64,000 bases of DNA from Leucoraja erinacea (taxonomy: Eukaryota): positions 31,124,001 through 31,188,000 of the forward strand of contig NC_073401.1 of assembly GCF_028641065.1 (NCBI RefSeq). Direction: 5' to 3'. Both the position numbers and the translations under genes were made by a program. Below, piece after piece: positions 1-13,200 of this stretch (position 1 is the first letter of the stretch; every line of letters starts with the position of its first letter). The notes below the pieces were generated by a model. That model saw nothing but the letters and a program-made list of their open reading frames with translations. It was not told where the DNA came from and did no database searches.

Positions 1-566
1 TGCACAACAACAATTCATAACCATCAATCTCAGTTTGAATACTATAAAGAGGACACGTTACTACCCATTCCTTCAAGCTGTTCATTTATGGAATTCTTTG
101 AAGAACTGTTGTTTTATCATAAAGAAAACCAGTGGATGTTGCAACATTTCCACAAGGCATTTGATAAGATGCTGCAATGGTCATTATGGAAAATAAAAGG
201 TAATGTGCAGGCAAGGATAGATGGTGTAGTTTACCAGAGAGCAGCACAAGTAACTCAGGGATCAGTGCTGGGCCTCAACGTTTTACAATTTATATAAGAA
301 TAACGCGCAAAAATATAATTGCTAAAATTGATTAAAAAAATAGATAAGAAAGCGAGTTTTGAACAGGCTACAAAAGAGGTATAGATGGTCAAGTGTGTGA
401 GAAAAGATGAGGAAATGTAAAGTTACCATTTTCTTTTATTAATATTTTATTATTTATTGTTATTTATTTTATTTTATTTTAATTTTTATATAATTTTTTA
501 TATTTTTTTATTTTATTTTATTATTTATTTTTCCTTTTCTTAGCAGAGAAAAAAAAAAATCTAAAT

Positions 567-864
567 CCACAGTCTTAGAATAAAGGGGAGGTCATTAAGA
601 CTGAAGTGAGAAAAAACTTTTTCACCCAGAGAGTTGTGAATTTGTGGAATTCCCTGCCACAGAGGGCAGTGGAGGCCAAGTCACTGGATGGATTTAAGAG
701 AGAGTTAGATAGAGTTCTAGGGGCTAGTGGAGTCAAGGGATATGGGGAGAAGGCAGGCACGGGTTATTGACAGGGGACGATCAGCCATGATCACAATGAA
801 TGGCGGTGCTGGCTCGAAAGGCCGAATGGTCTCCTCCAGCACCGATTTTCTATGTTTCTATGTT
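567..864 (+). mobile_element. CR1/HER1-type LINE 3' fragment
   Basis: [14 protein letters not shown]-type ORF2 tail followed by a 3'UTR ending in (TTTCTATG)n. Confidence 0.85.
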
Positions 865-884
865 AAATCATGAGAGTCTGTAAA

Positions 885-1045
885 ACTGAAAATAGGTGCA
901 GGAGTAGGCCATTCGGCCTTTCGAGCCAGCACTGCCATTTAACATGATCATGGCTGATCATCCAAAATCAGTACCCCATTCCTGCTTTCTCCCCGTATCT
1001 CTTGATTCCGTTAGCCCCAAGAGCTAAATCTAACTCCCTCTTGAA
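885..1045 (-). mobile_element. CR1-type LINE 3' end
   Basis: Reverse-complement copy of the same 3'UTR. Confidence 0.75.
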
Positions 1046-1291
1046 TCTGGTCATGGATCTTGGATCTGGTGCTCTAGTGCATGATTGACAAAAGGCCACA
1101 GGCTGGTGATGGAATCTGAATCAGAAGAGAGATGGTGCTTCAGTTACATCAATCATTGAGCACTGCCTGTTGAGCATATACCACAATCGGTGAAGATTGT
1201 GGTATATGAGGGGAGACCAAGAAAGACAAATAATAATAATAAGAGAAACAATGCTTTTAGCAGATGAACAGCATGAAAGGGTTTCCTCTAC

Positions 1292-4200
1292 CTGGACTGC
1301 ACTGGCTCTGGCTGCGCCGGTATCTGGATAAACTGCACGGCGGCACTGATGGAGAATGGCTGAAGGGCTGATCCGGTCATACATGTGGCTGTACTTCCAC
1401 CTCCACAGGACATCTTCCAGTGCACTGTAGAAAAACTGAACAACAAATTTAGTCATCCAACGACTGATCGAAATAAATTGAGGAAATGTGTTTTATATTC
1501 ATCAAATGGTAATAAACTAGATAAATATCCAAAGAAAGTATTGCATATTGGGGAATACCTGCAGTTGTGGGCCAATGGATGCCATGGTCCATTGCTGATT
1601 GTCATGTCAAGCTGATACAACTCATTCCATAGTGGAGGAGCCTGGGCTCAGACAACAATCAAGTACTTTTAAAATCCTTTTATTTATTCTCATTGTATCA
1701 AATAAAACAAATCTTTGAATTACAGCGAGGCAAAAGTAGAGGACTGAAAGTGACCAAAGCAGGCAAGAGAACAAAGATCTGCCAAGTGATAGTGGAGTAA
1801 ATCATCAACCATAACTCTGAGCTGAGGCAGAGATAGTTAGAGCTATACATGTAGTCTCAGGGTCACTTTACCCAAACATGATGTCATTGAAATGAGAATG
1901 AATCGTTTATGTACAATCCACAAACACATCTGCCCAGATGCCCACATCTGCTTTATATAATCCTTTATATATCCGGTAGGCGGCGCGGCTCTGGCCAGCA
2001 GCGGCCTCTGCAGCCTGTCCGCGTTTTATTATTTTTTGTCTGTTTTTATGTAGTTTTTGTTATTTTATGTTGGGGTGTGTGTGTGGGGGATGGGGGGGGG
2101 GTGGGGTGGGAGGGGGGGGGGAAACTTTTGAATCTCTCCCTGCACTGGAGACCGGACCTTTCCTCGTCGGGTCTCAGGTGTCGTTGAGGCCGCAACGAGG
2201 AGCGGCCTCCAACGGGAAGAAGCCGGGGACTCTGGTGCCGACTCACCGTTGCCGTCGCGGGGCTGGCCGAGACCGGAGCGGGTGGAGCGGTGGAGGAGCG
2301 CTGCTGCTGCTGCTGCCGTGTAATGTATGGCTGCAGAAACGGCATTTCGTTTGGACCTCCAGGGGTCCAAATGACAATTAAATTGACTCTTGACTCTTGA
2401 CTCTTGACTCTTAATTCCAATTACTCTTTTCTTATAACTTTTGTCCAAAAGTGAAAGCATACCGTGGAAATTGGGAATTACGCTGTATTAATTGTTCCAT
2501 AACTAACTAGGAGAGTAGCATAATGTAGCTGTTTGCATATAAACACGAGTCCAATCTTACACCTGGAAGTTGTCACCCAGCTTATACAATTGTAATGCAA
2601 TCTTCTTACTTGACCTCAGCTCCAAGTATCACTCGTTGTGGGACTGCTTCAACTGCACCTATAACTGCTGTGAAGAAACGAATATTCATGGCAGCTGGAA
2701 TCGAAGCGCAGTATCCATAAAATTCATCTTCAATATCGCTAAATTCATGCTTATCGTTTAATAAAGCTGCATTAAAAAAAATACATATACTGTGAATGAA
2801 GTATATTTAACCAATTTGAAAACCAAAGGCTCTCACTTACAGCCTTGAACAAATCTAGTGATTACAGGAACTTTAACTTAGTACACTGTATTTCTAAGTG
2901 TCAAATGACAAGCAATGCTTTGTAAATACTGTTCCCTCTGCAAACAATGAGCCAATATGCAGAGTGGTCTTTGAGACATGAAATTAGAACACAGGGTCAG
3001 CTGGTTTTTGTGGAGCTGGTTTCTACAAATGCAGGAAACGCAATCTGTTTTTACAGATAGAACTGTGAACTTATTTGTCCATTTGAATAGGTTTAAAAGA
3101 CATTTGCATGGATATCAAAGTTTAGAGGGATGTGGGTTAATGCAGGCAAATGCTCAGATCTGCTCAGGTAGGTAACTAACTCGGTCGGCAGGTTAAGGTC
3201 AATGATTTGCTTCCACACTGTATAACTTAATTAATCTAAACATCTTTTTACAGATAGAACTGTGAACTTATTTGTCCATTTGAATAGGTTTAAAAGACAT
3301 TTGCATGGATATCAAAGTTTAGAGGGATGTGGGTTAATGCAGGCAAATGCTCAGATCTGCTCAGGTAGGTAACTAACTCGGTCGGCAGGTTAAGGTCAAT
3401 GATTTGCTTCCACACTGTATAACTTAATTAATCTAAACATCTTCCACCATTGATATTAGGTCTGCTGGATTCCACAATGTAAGCACCATAGGTTATTGAT
3501 TGACCAGCTGAACTTGAGTAGGTCAACCATAACAAATGAAGGTCAGAAGAATATTTTGACCAACTTGTCAATAGATAATAGATAATAGGTGCAGGAGTAG
3601 GCCATTCAGCCCTTCGAGCCAGCACCGCCATTCACTGTGATCATGGCTGATCATCCACAATCAGTACCCCATTCCTGCCTTCTCCCCATATCCCTGGACT
3701 CCGCTATCTTTAAGAGCTCTATCTAACTCTCTCTTAAAAGCATCCAGAGAATTGGACCTCTTTGCTCCTATACTCAACTCCTCTTGTTGTGAAGGCCAAC
3801 ATGCCATTCGCTTTCTTCGCTGCCTCCATTAGTAAAGTTTTAACTGCAGATAGTCAGATCAGATGTTATCAGGCAACTGAACCATCCTATCACCAACCAG
3901 AGAGCGGTGTGACCTCCCATCTAATTGGAGACCCTCGGACTATCTTTAATCAGACAATACTGGACTTTATCTTGCGCTAACAAAATTCCCTTTATCCTGT
4001 AACTGTACACTGTGGACGGCTCAATTGTAATCATGTATAGTCTTTTTGCTGACTGGATAGCACACACAAAAAAGCTTTTCACTGTGCCTCAGTACACATG
4101 ACAATAAACTAAACTAAACCAACCAAGGCCTAGCAGGCTGCCTTAAGGGCCCGGATACATTTTGTACAATGCAGTGGATTCACAAAACAATCTTTGGGGA

Positions 4201-7200
4201 AATAATAATTTCCAGGTTCAGTTCTGAGAAAGCTTTGTGGGGTCAGATCTGGCTGCCGTTGTAGGACACATTGAACCTGTGCACCCAAACCTCATCTCAT
4301 ACAGTAAATTATGCAAAGGTGCCACAGAGTTGGCACCAATGAGAGAGCAGACAGTTACTACAGGACCAGGAAGATCAGCTGTTCGTTCATGTCACCGTCC
4401 CCTGTGGAAACAGCTTATGTACAAGTGACTGCATTCTTAAAGAAAGTCATCCACTGTGAATCAGAACGCACACCATAAACTACAACAACACTCTGCAGTA
4501 ATATATTGCTCAAGGGGTATGGAGGGTAATTAAATCAGCTTGCAGGTTCCACATAAGAGTAATACAAATCTATAAAGTAAATGTAGGAAATGTTTCAGCT
4601 AAAGGAAAGAGCTTGCCTTTAAATAATGGCACCCATTCCGACAGGTCTGTAAGGTTTGAGTTTCCCCTCCTTGCTATATAATCTGCTGGTACAAGTTTCA
4701 GGAGGTTTTCATAAACAGTATGCCTGCCAAAAAGTAGAAGGGTATTAAAGAGGTGAGCGGTGGAATCAAAGCATGGCCAAATTACAGCAGTGGGACTGCA
4801 GCACTGTCAGCTTGGTGCAGCAGTCTCAGATGTCCAGTTGTCCATGCCATCCCAGTCTAACCTTCACTAGCGGTACATCTATGCAGGAGGCAAGTATGAA
4901 CGTGGAGTTAGAGGACGTGCAGAGCTACTCTGACACTCCCACGACATTCCCGCGGAGGTTGACAAAATACCTGAGAAATCAAGGTGGATGTTTCATCAAC
5001 CTCATAAAAACCATGCACTGAAACATTCCTCTCCCAGTTACCAATAATCAATGAAGAATGTTGGTTCCCATATAACTTGTGCCTTGGCAGCAGCTTGACA
5101 ATGAAACAGTTGGGTCGGGAGGAACTGCAGATGCTGGTTTAAACTGAAGATAGACGCAAAATGCTGGAGTAACTCAGCGGGACAGATAGCATCTCTGGAC
5201 AGATGGAATGGTCAAGACCCTTCTTCAGACTGATGCTTGAGTCCTGCTGTAAATACTTTTCATTGTAAATAACTGTTATAGTAAACTCAAACTGTCATTC
5301 ACACTCACTGGATTAATTCACCTGGGACCTTCCATTGGGCAGTGGTGGGGGCAGGAAAGAGCTCTATGAAAGGAATCAAATCAACAAGGCACCAGGATAC
5401 ATAGCAGCCTCTGAAATGTTGGAGCATGATGCAGGTATGGAACAAATTATTTTGACACAGATCAGATCCACACTCATATTTGAAACTTTTACCCTATTCC
5501 CAACACTTCTCAGGTAATGACATTCATGGGTACAACTACGATCAGTAACAAACCCTGACTGAAATAGAAACTGTAGCCACAATGAACAGTGAATAAAAGT
5601 TTTGTTATTCATCAATGTGGAGTTTTATAGAATTATAGAATTGTACAACAGAGGAGGTGGCCATTTGGCCCATCTCTCCTCTCCATGAACGAACAAGGCA
5701 GTAGCCCCCTATCACCTGCTCTTGAAAACTTGTTACATTCGCATTTGGAAATCACACCAGGCCAGCAGTGCATCCCAAATTCTCTCTAGTAAACTGGTCC
5801 ATGCTTCTGGTTACCAATCCCTCTACCACAAAAACGTTTCTCCTTATTTACTCAATGTAATCTACCATTCTGAACATCCTTATTAAATTTCTCCTCAATG
5901 TTCTGCAGGTAGTATTGCAACTTTTAAGAAATATTTAGACAGGCACATGGATAGGACAGATTTAGAGGGATATGGGCCACGCGCAGGCCCATACCAGAGA
6001 GGGGACAATGAGAATTTGGGAAGTACTGCTGGCCTGTTGTAATTTCCAAATGTGAAAGTAACTTGTGTAGATGGGACTTGTTAGTTGGTATAAGCAAGTT
6101 GGGCTAAAGGGCCTGTTTCCACGCTGTATAACTATGATTATGTTCTCTGCTCCAAGACCAACCTCAGGACATGATTGTGAATTTCAATCAACAAGATTAG
6201 GATAATTAAAAGCAGCCAGAGAGTTTGAATTTTGCAAATCGCACTTCCATTTCTGGCTCTCAGTTGGTTTATAACACTCCAATATAGCTTACTCTACTTA
6301 TTTTTCACTTCACCTTATTTCCATGGGAACTACACTTCATGTACATTATGAAGCATTCTGGAATGTCACAAAATTGCCAACTGAGTTACAGAAATGTTAT
6401 TACAAAACTTTAACCCTATCCCAACACTTCTCACTTTCCAACATTGTTTTAATCCAGTGAAAGATCAACAGATGGTTTTCACCCAGGTATCACTGCAACC
6501 ATGATTATACTCAGTCGCTAAGTCTTCCTCAGATTTTTATGTTACAAAGCGTACCTTATCCACAGCTGCTAGCATTGAATATGAGATATAGTGATCGGGT
6601 TCCATCAGACTGTGATACCACTTTTTAGCCCATCTTGGTCATTTCATTTTCACTATGGAAGGTATCACTTTGACATAAATACAGATTGCAGGTTTGTCTT
6701 TTTGTGAGAAACAACAGCAAGTGAAGTGTGTAAGAAGGAACTGCAGATGCTGGTTTTAACTGAAGATAGCCAGTGGAATTAATATTCATTTCTCTCGCTT
6801 CAGGTAGCCCCGGCATTCCTTCTCTCGCGATCCCTCCCCCACCCAATTCGCACCAGCTTCTCCCTTTTACCCTACAAACAGCTAACAATGGCCTGTTTCC
6901 TTTATCATCATTACTTTTTTGCATATCTTTCATTCATTGTTCTTTATCTCTTGTTTCCCTTATCCCTAACCTGTCTGAAGAAGGGTCTCGACACAAAATG
7001 TCACCCATTTCTTCTCTCCAGAGATGCTACCTCACCCGCTGAGTTACTCCAGATTTTTGTGTCGGGAAACAGTCTTAATTTCAAGCAACTTGCAGATTCT
7101 ACTGGTATTTTAGATTTTCATCCAATAAACCCAAATATTGAATGCTTAAGAGAAACAAACATTTGCTCACACACCCAAGAAGAGCACAGTTGTTAAAATC

Positions 7201-10200
7201 ATTAATGCTGAGCTGCAGCAGGCAACCAGAGGTCGAGTCTTCTCCAAACAACAATGCTGTTGTTTGAGCTGATGAGCATAACCCATTTCCAACTGCAAAA
7301 CAAAATGGAAAAACAAATTTTATAAAGGCAGATATTTTTATAAATGTTACTGACATTTTGCTCATCCAAAGTGTGGATTTTCCATGAACCCACTTCAAGA
7401 CTCCAGTCTAAATCAATGCTCTCAACATCTGAGTAACAGAGTCAGTCGCTGTTGGGGCTGCACCAACGGGTCAGCAGCTTCTCTAACTGACCCTCCTTCC
7501 TCTACCCACGCAACCTGACAAGCAGCTCTCTTCAAAGCAATGTCCAAATAATTCATTCATTCATTCATCATCGTTGAAAACATTAGCGACGCAGTGGTGC
7601 TGGTTTCCAACGGGAACGGTGACGGACGCACCAGACATCTCTGTCCTCCAGTTCCTGCGGACTTCCACCGCTGGAAGTATAGGATTTTGGTGTGTGTACT
7701 TTATCATCATTCCTTACAATTACAGTGATCACAACTTCTGCTGGTGTGGATGGCCGTTGGCTTGCTAGAAGCTCATTCACCCTTTGACAGGCCTTGTTGG
7801 GGGTCCACAGCCCCCTCCTCACCTGGCAAACCAGGTGGGCGAGTTCCCCCCGCCAAGGGTACCATGTAATCCCGTGCTACCTGCTTCATGGTCGGGTAGT
7901 CGGCGACTAAACAGTCGCCGACTACCCGACCATGAAGCAGGTAGCACGGGATTACATGGTACCCTTGGCGGGGGGAAACTCCCCCCCCCCCCCCCCCCAA
8001 CCTGACCTGAAATAATAAAAGTGCAATCCAAATAATAACAGTGCACAAATCTTCCAGTGGCAACTTAACTAATTGACAAAATGCTTATCGAAGAGGTAAC
8101 AAAGAAGGTTGATGATGGAAATGTGGTTGATGTTTATGAAGGCATCTGATCAAGGTGCCACATGACAGGCTTGTCTTCAAGATTGGACGACCATGGAATA
8201 AAAGGTCATTAGAAAAGTTGGCCAACTAAAACAAAACTAGCGGTGAAACGTGATTTGACAAACTAGAGGAAAGCTTACGGTGATATGCCCCCAGTGTCAG
8301 TATATCTAAGGTGCAGGGAAACGCTAGATAATTAGAGACATCAAGATGGTAACAAGCAGGTGGGTTGGGTAAACTGGGGGAGGTGAAATTTAACTCAAAA
8401 AATGAAGCTTTATATTTATCGGAAAAATGATGGCGAATATAAAAATTAAAGACAAAAAGAGAGATCTAGGGATACATGTATGGTATGTTGGAAGGAGCAG
8501 GATTCAAGAGACATATGGAATCCTGGGCCCTGTAAACAGAGGCTTGGAGCTCAGGAATAAGGGCAGTTCAATGAACCACAACAAACATGGGTTTGACCAC
8601 AACTGAAGCACTAAATCCAGTCCACCAATATGCAATGCCTGACATTTATCCAGATTAAAATCCATTGGCCCACTTACCCAGCTGATCAAGACCCCGCTGT
8701 AATTCTTTTAACCATCTTCACTGTTTTCAATATCATCTAGTTTAATATTCATCCACAAACATACTCATCATGCCTTGTACATTCTCATCCAAATCATTGA
8801 TATAGATGACAAACAGCAATAGGCCCAGTACCAATCCCCGAGACATACGCCTCTAGACCAGAAAATCAATCTTCCACCACCACCATCTGCTTTTGACCAT
8901 GAAGCCAATTCCGTATCTGTTCAAGACTAGTGTTGTCTTTAACATCTACGGCCAATTACTCCAGTGTGGAAGAGGAAAGTTGCAACATTTATACTTCTAA
9001 TGAGAAACACTCCTTGTTGGCTTACAACTCCCTAGTACAAAAGTAAACTTGTGCCTTTTTACATGCAACTGTGCTTCTGTTGTTTCAAATGGACAAGGCC
9101 TTGGTACTAGGGAGTAGTCGAATGAAAAATTATTGGGCAACATCAGACCCACTAGTTTTCGTGCTCTCACTCTCTCTCTCTCTCCTTCCCCAGAAGACTA
9201 AAGGTAAAGAAACATGTTATTTCTAATCACCAAAAGATGTTATTTCTAATTACCTGGTCGCCATATTTTTAAGGGAACTCTTATCAAGGTCTTGTCGCTT
9301 GCAATAGCAGCCAAAACTGGTTTGCCAGTGAGATAACCTGAAATGAAGAGAGAATATTTCATTATTCTGTCCATTTTACACATTTAGTATTGTGAAATAA
9401 GTTTTCCAGAGCACCTCCATTCAATCTACAGGTGGGACCGTGAGCTTTAGCCTCCATCACTTCAATCCTCCATCTCATGCCCTGCCTAATCTCTGCCTTC
9501 AGCCTGCTTTGCTACATTGCCTCCCTAGTGCAAGGCTGAGGAACAACAGCTCCCTGTCACTAACACCCATCAGAGAGTGAGTGCAGCTCCAGTTTGCTTT
9601 TGGTCTGTTGCCTAATGGTCTGATGCTGAACATTGGCAGCATGAATACTTTTCACAGAATCACACAAAGAACTGTACCGCACAGACATGTGCCATTTTGG
9701 CCCCATTCCATTCATGCTGCCGATATGTCCATGCAGTTTCTCTCAACTCCTCTTCCTGTCCTTACCCAAATGCTATTTCAATGTTGTTACCCATCTCTAC
9801 CACTTCCTGAAGGAATATGGGCAGGCAGGAGGGATATCGACAACGGACATGCAAGTAGGGCTAGCATGGACCATGTGGGCCAAAGGGCCCGTTCCTGCAC
9901 TATAACCATGACTTTAAACATTCAACTATTTACTCAGGTGCAGAGTAACGGTTTGTGTAACTGCACCCGCTGAGTTTCTCCAGCTTTTTTGTGTAACCTT
10001 CGATTCTCCAGCATCTGCAGTTCCCTCTTAAACAACTATTTACTCACATTGACAAGTTTGCAGGTTGTCAACTTTTAAATCTCCTCTGTAAGTCATTGTA
10101 ACTTCACTTACTAATAAAAATCAACATTATAAATCTTGGCATAAGGCAGTTGCTTTGCTTTTTTTAAAAACAGAAACACTTGTAAGTTGAAGGCAAATCC

Positions 10201-13200
10201 CAAATGTTCATTGATAACCTTTCCTTTCCTCCCACACAAGCTGTAATGTAATGAGGCCTCAGTCTCACCTGGATTGCCAGACAAAGTTACCGAGGAAGGA
10301 TGTTCCTTGACCGGGTTCATGAAAGTAACGCTGAACCTTTGAGTCAAAGTAGCTGGAAAACAAGATATTATAGATTTAAACGAGATGGAGAGAAAATACA
10401 CAAATGCAAATACAGTTGACTCGGGTGTTAAATGGCAGCAAGGTTAGAAGAGGTGGCGATCATGACCACAACAGAATCCATCAAAATCACTGCATGTAAA
10501 AAGCAAATGGAGTGCTGTCATACCTGATGATCCCAAGGAGATATTTCCCACTGTGACAAGCAAATTGATATTAGATATTGTGGTTCCGTTCCAGTAGAAA
10601 ACATAATCAGCCTGCAAAATCATATTTCTACACATTTCACTCAGAAGTTTGGGCTCCGATTTATCAACCAATTCTGTATTGAGAAAAGCAAACAAATCAC
10701 ATCAGAAAGTGACAGCACAAGTGGACCGGGTGATCAAGACAAGGGGCATGCTTGCCTTCATCGATCAAAACATGGATTAGAAAGGTCAAGAAGTCATGCT
10801 GCGGCTGCACAAAGTATGGAGAGGCCACATTTGTAGTGCGTACAATTCTGGTTCCTATCGGAAGGATAAGGAGTGTCATAGAGTTGGACTAAGAACATGG
10901 AAACAGACCCTTTGGCCAAACTCCTCCATGCTAACCGGTTGTATAACTGAGCTGACGTTTGCCCATATCCATCTAAATGATTTCTATCCATGCACCTGTC
11001 TAAAAGTCTTTTAAACATTGTAATTGCAGCCACCTCTACAGCTTCGTCTGGCAGATCCACCCATATATGCTCCACTCTCTCGGTAAAGAAACTGCCCCTC
11101 GGGTCTCAAATCTTTCTTTAGTTTTAGACTCCCCTACTCCAGGAAAAAGACTTACCATTCACCCAACATGATATTGTAATCCTCCATGTCATCACCACTC
11201 AGCCTCCTAAGCTGCAAGAAAAGTCCTTGCCTCTCCACGTAACCCAAATACTCGTGCTGATAACATCCCGGTGAATCTTTTCTGCACCGTTGTCAGCTTA
11301 ATTATATCCTTTTTGCAGCTGGGCGACCAAAACTGCATACAATACAGATAGTTCTGCTGGAAGGGATGTTTCTATAATCTGACCGATCAATTAAGGAACA
11401 CTATTTGCAATACAGGCAGTTTGTTATAGTTGTATTCCCAAGAAACCTGATGTCATAATAAATCACATTATTAAAACAATTGTGTCAATGGAGAAAGGGG
11501 ACAATGGGCTAAAGAATTTCAAACTCACAACAGGTAATTTTTCCTTGACCTGAAGTGTCGCCTATCCATGTTCTCCAGAGATGCTGCCTGACCCGTTGAG
11601 TTACTCCAGCAATCTGTGAAACGTCACCTATCCATGTTCTCCACAGATGCTGCCTAACCCGCTGAGTTACTCCAGCACTCTGTGAAACGTCACCTATCCA
11701 TGTTCTCCACAGATGCTGCCTGACCCGCTGAGTTACTCCAGCACTTCGTGTTCTATATCTAATGGACTGAAGTGTATGCACCATCTATGCCAACATGATA
11801 TTGGTGTCCAGTCATCCAGCATTGTAACATTGGTTTAGGGTTACCAAAGATGTTACTATTGGTACACAATGCTGCTATTTCTGTACAGAGTCCCAATTTC
11901 CCAGCGATATTTAGAGAAAAATTGGCAACTATCTCACACAAATATGCCATTTAGAAGCAGTAGCTCAGACTGCTACACCATTTGATAAAATCACAACTTG
12001 TCTGATTGCAACCAAATCCAAATTCCTGTCCACTCTGGCAACCTTTCACCTTTTCAGGAAGAGAATTCTAAAGGCTCATCAGCTTGGGGGGGGGGGTTAA
12101 ATGGATGACCCCTTATTTTTAAGCAGTGAGCCCCGATTCTATATTCACCCACAATAGGAAACATCTTCTCTATATCCATCCCGTCTGGACCTATTAGAGT
12201 CTGAGGAATTCCAAATGTAAATCGTGGCACCCTAGTTAAGGGTTTTCTGATTATAACCAATCTGAAAATTGAAATTATTCAATGCATAGCAAAAACAAAA
12301 GCAAGACATTTACACTGGAAGTCCATACCCAAAGACGCCGTGGCGTTCTGCTGTTTGGGAAACAGGGAGCCAGAAGTTGAGGCAGTTATTGGAATGAAAT
12401 CACCAAGATCTGCCGCCGTCTGGTAGGTTACAACTGGCTGTATCAAAGCTACAAGAGAAAAGACAAAACAATCATCCCTGCAGCTTTTTCCCACATAGAT
12501 CTTTTACTTGATGTGTTCAAAATAAAGAAATCTCCCGTTTAACTTTACTTTGGTATTTAACAGAGCAGTTTCCATCTCTCCATTGACCAGATGCTGAAGA
12601 CAGCGAATCATAATTCAAGACCCAACCACCAATGCTCTCCTCAGGCTCACCGCTGACCAGACCCAGCTACAAATGGCTACAAAGCAGGCCACAGGCTGGC
12701 TATCTCACTGTGAGTGACTCACCTCATGACTACCCAGTCTTTCCACCATCACATGGAGAAGTGTGATGCAATAGTATCCACTTGCTTGGTCACACTCATC
12801 CCATCTTAATTGCATCTCTCCTACAGCAAGCTGACCCAAAACTGAACACAGTACTCCAAGTACAAAGTGAATTTACAGAAAACTCTGCTTTAAGTGTCGA
12901 ATAGGTCTGGAGGACACATTTTTGGCAACAATGCTGAATACAAGATTCAACTCTCAGCAACATCTACAACTGCAACATAACGTTTCAACTTCTATACTCA
13001 ATGCCCTGACTGATGAAGGCCTGCATGCCTATAGCCTTCTTCACCACCCCATCTACCTATCTACGATGCCACTTTGAGGGAACTATATCCTTGTCTGCTC
13101 TATAACACTCCACAGGCCACTACCATTCACCGTGAATGTCCTGCCCTGGTTAAGACTTCCCAAAATGCTACACCTCACACTTATCTGAATTAAACTGCAC

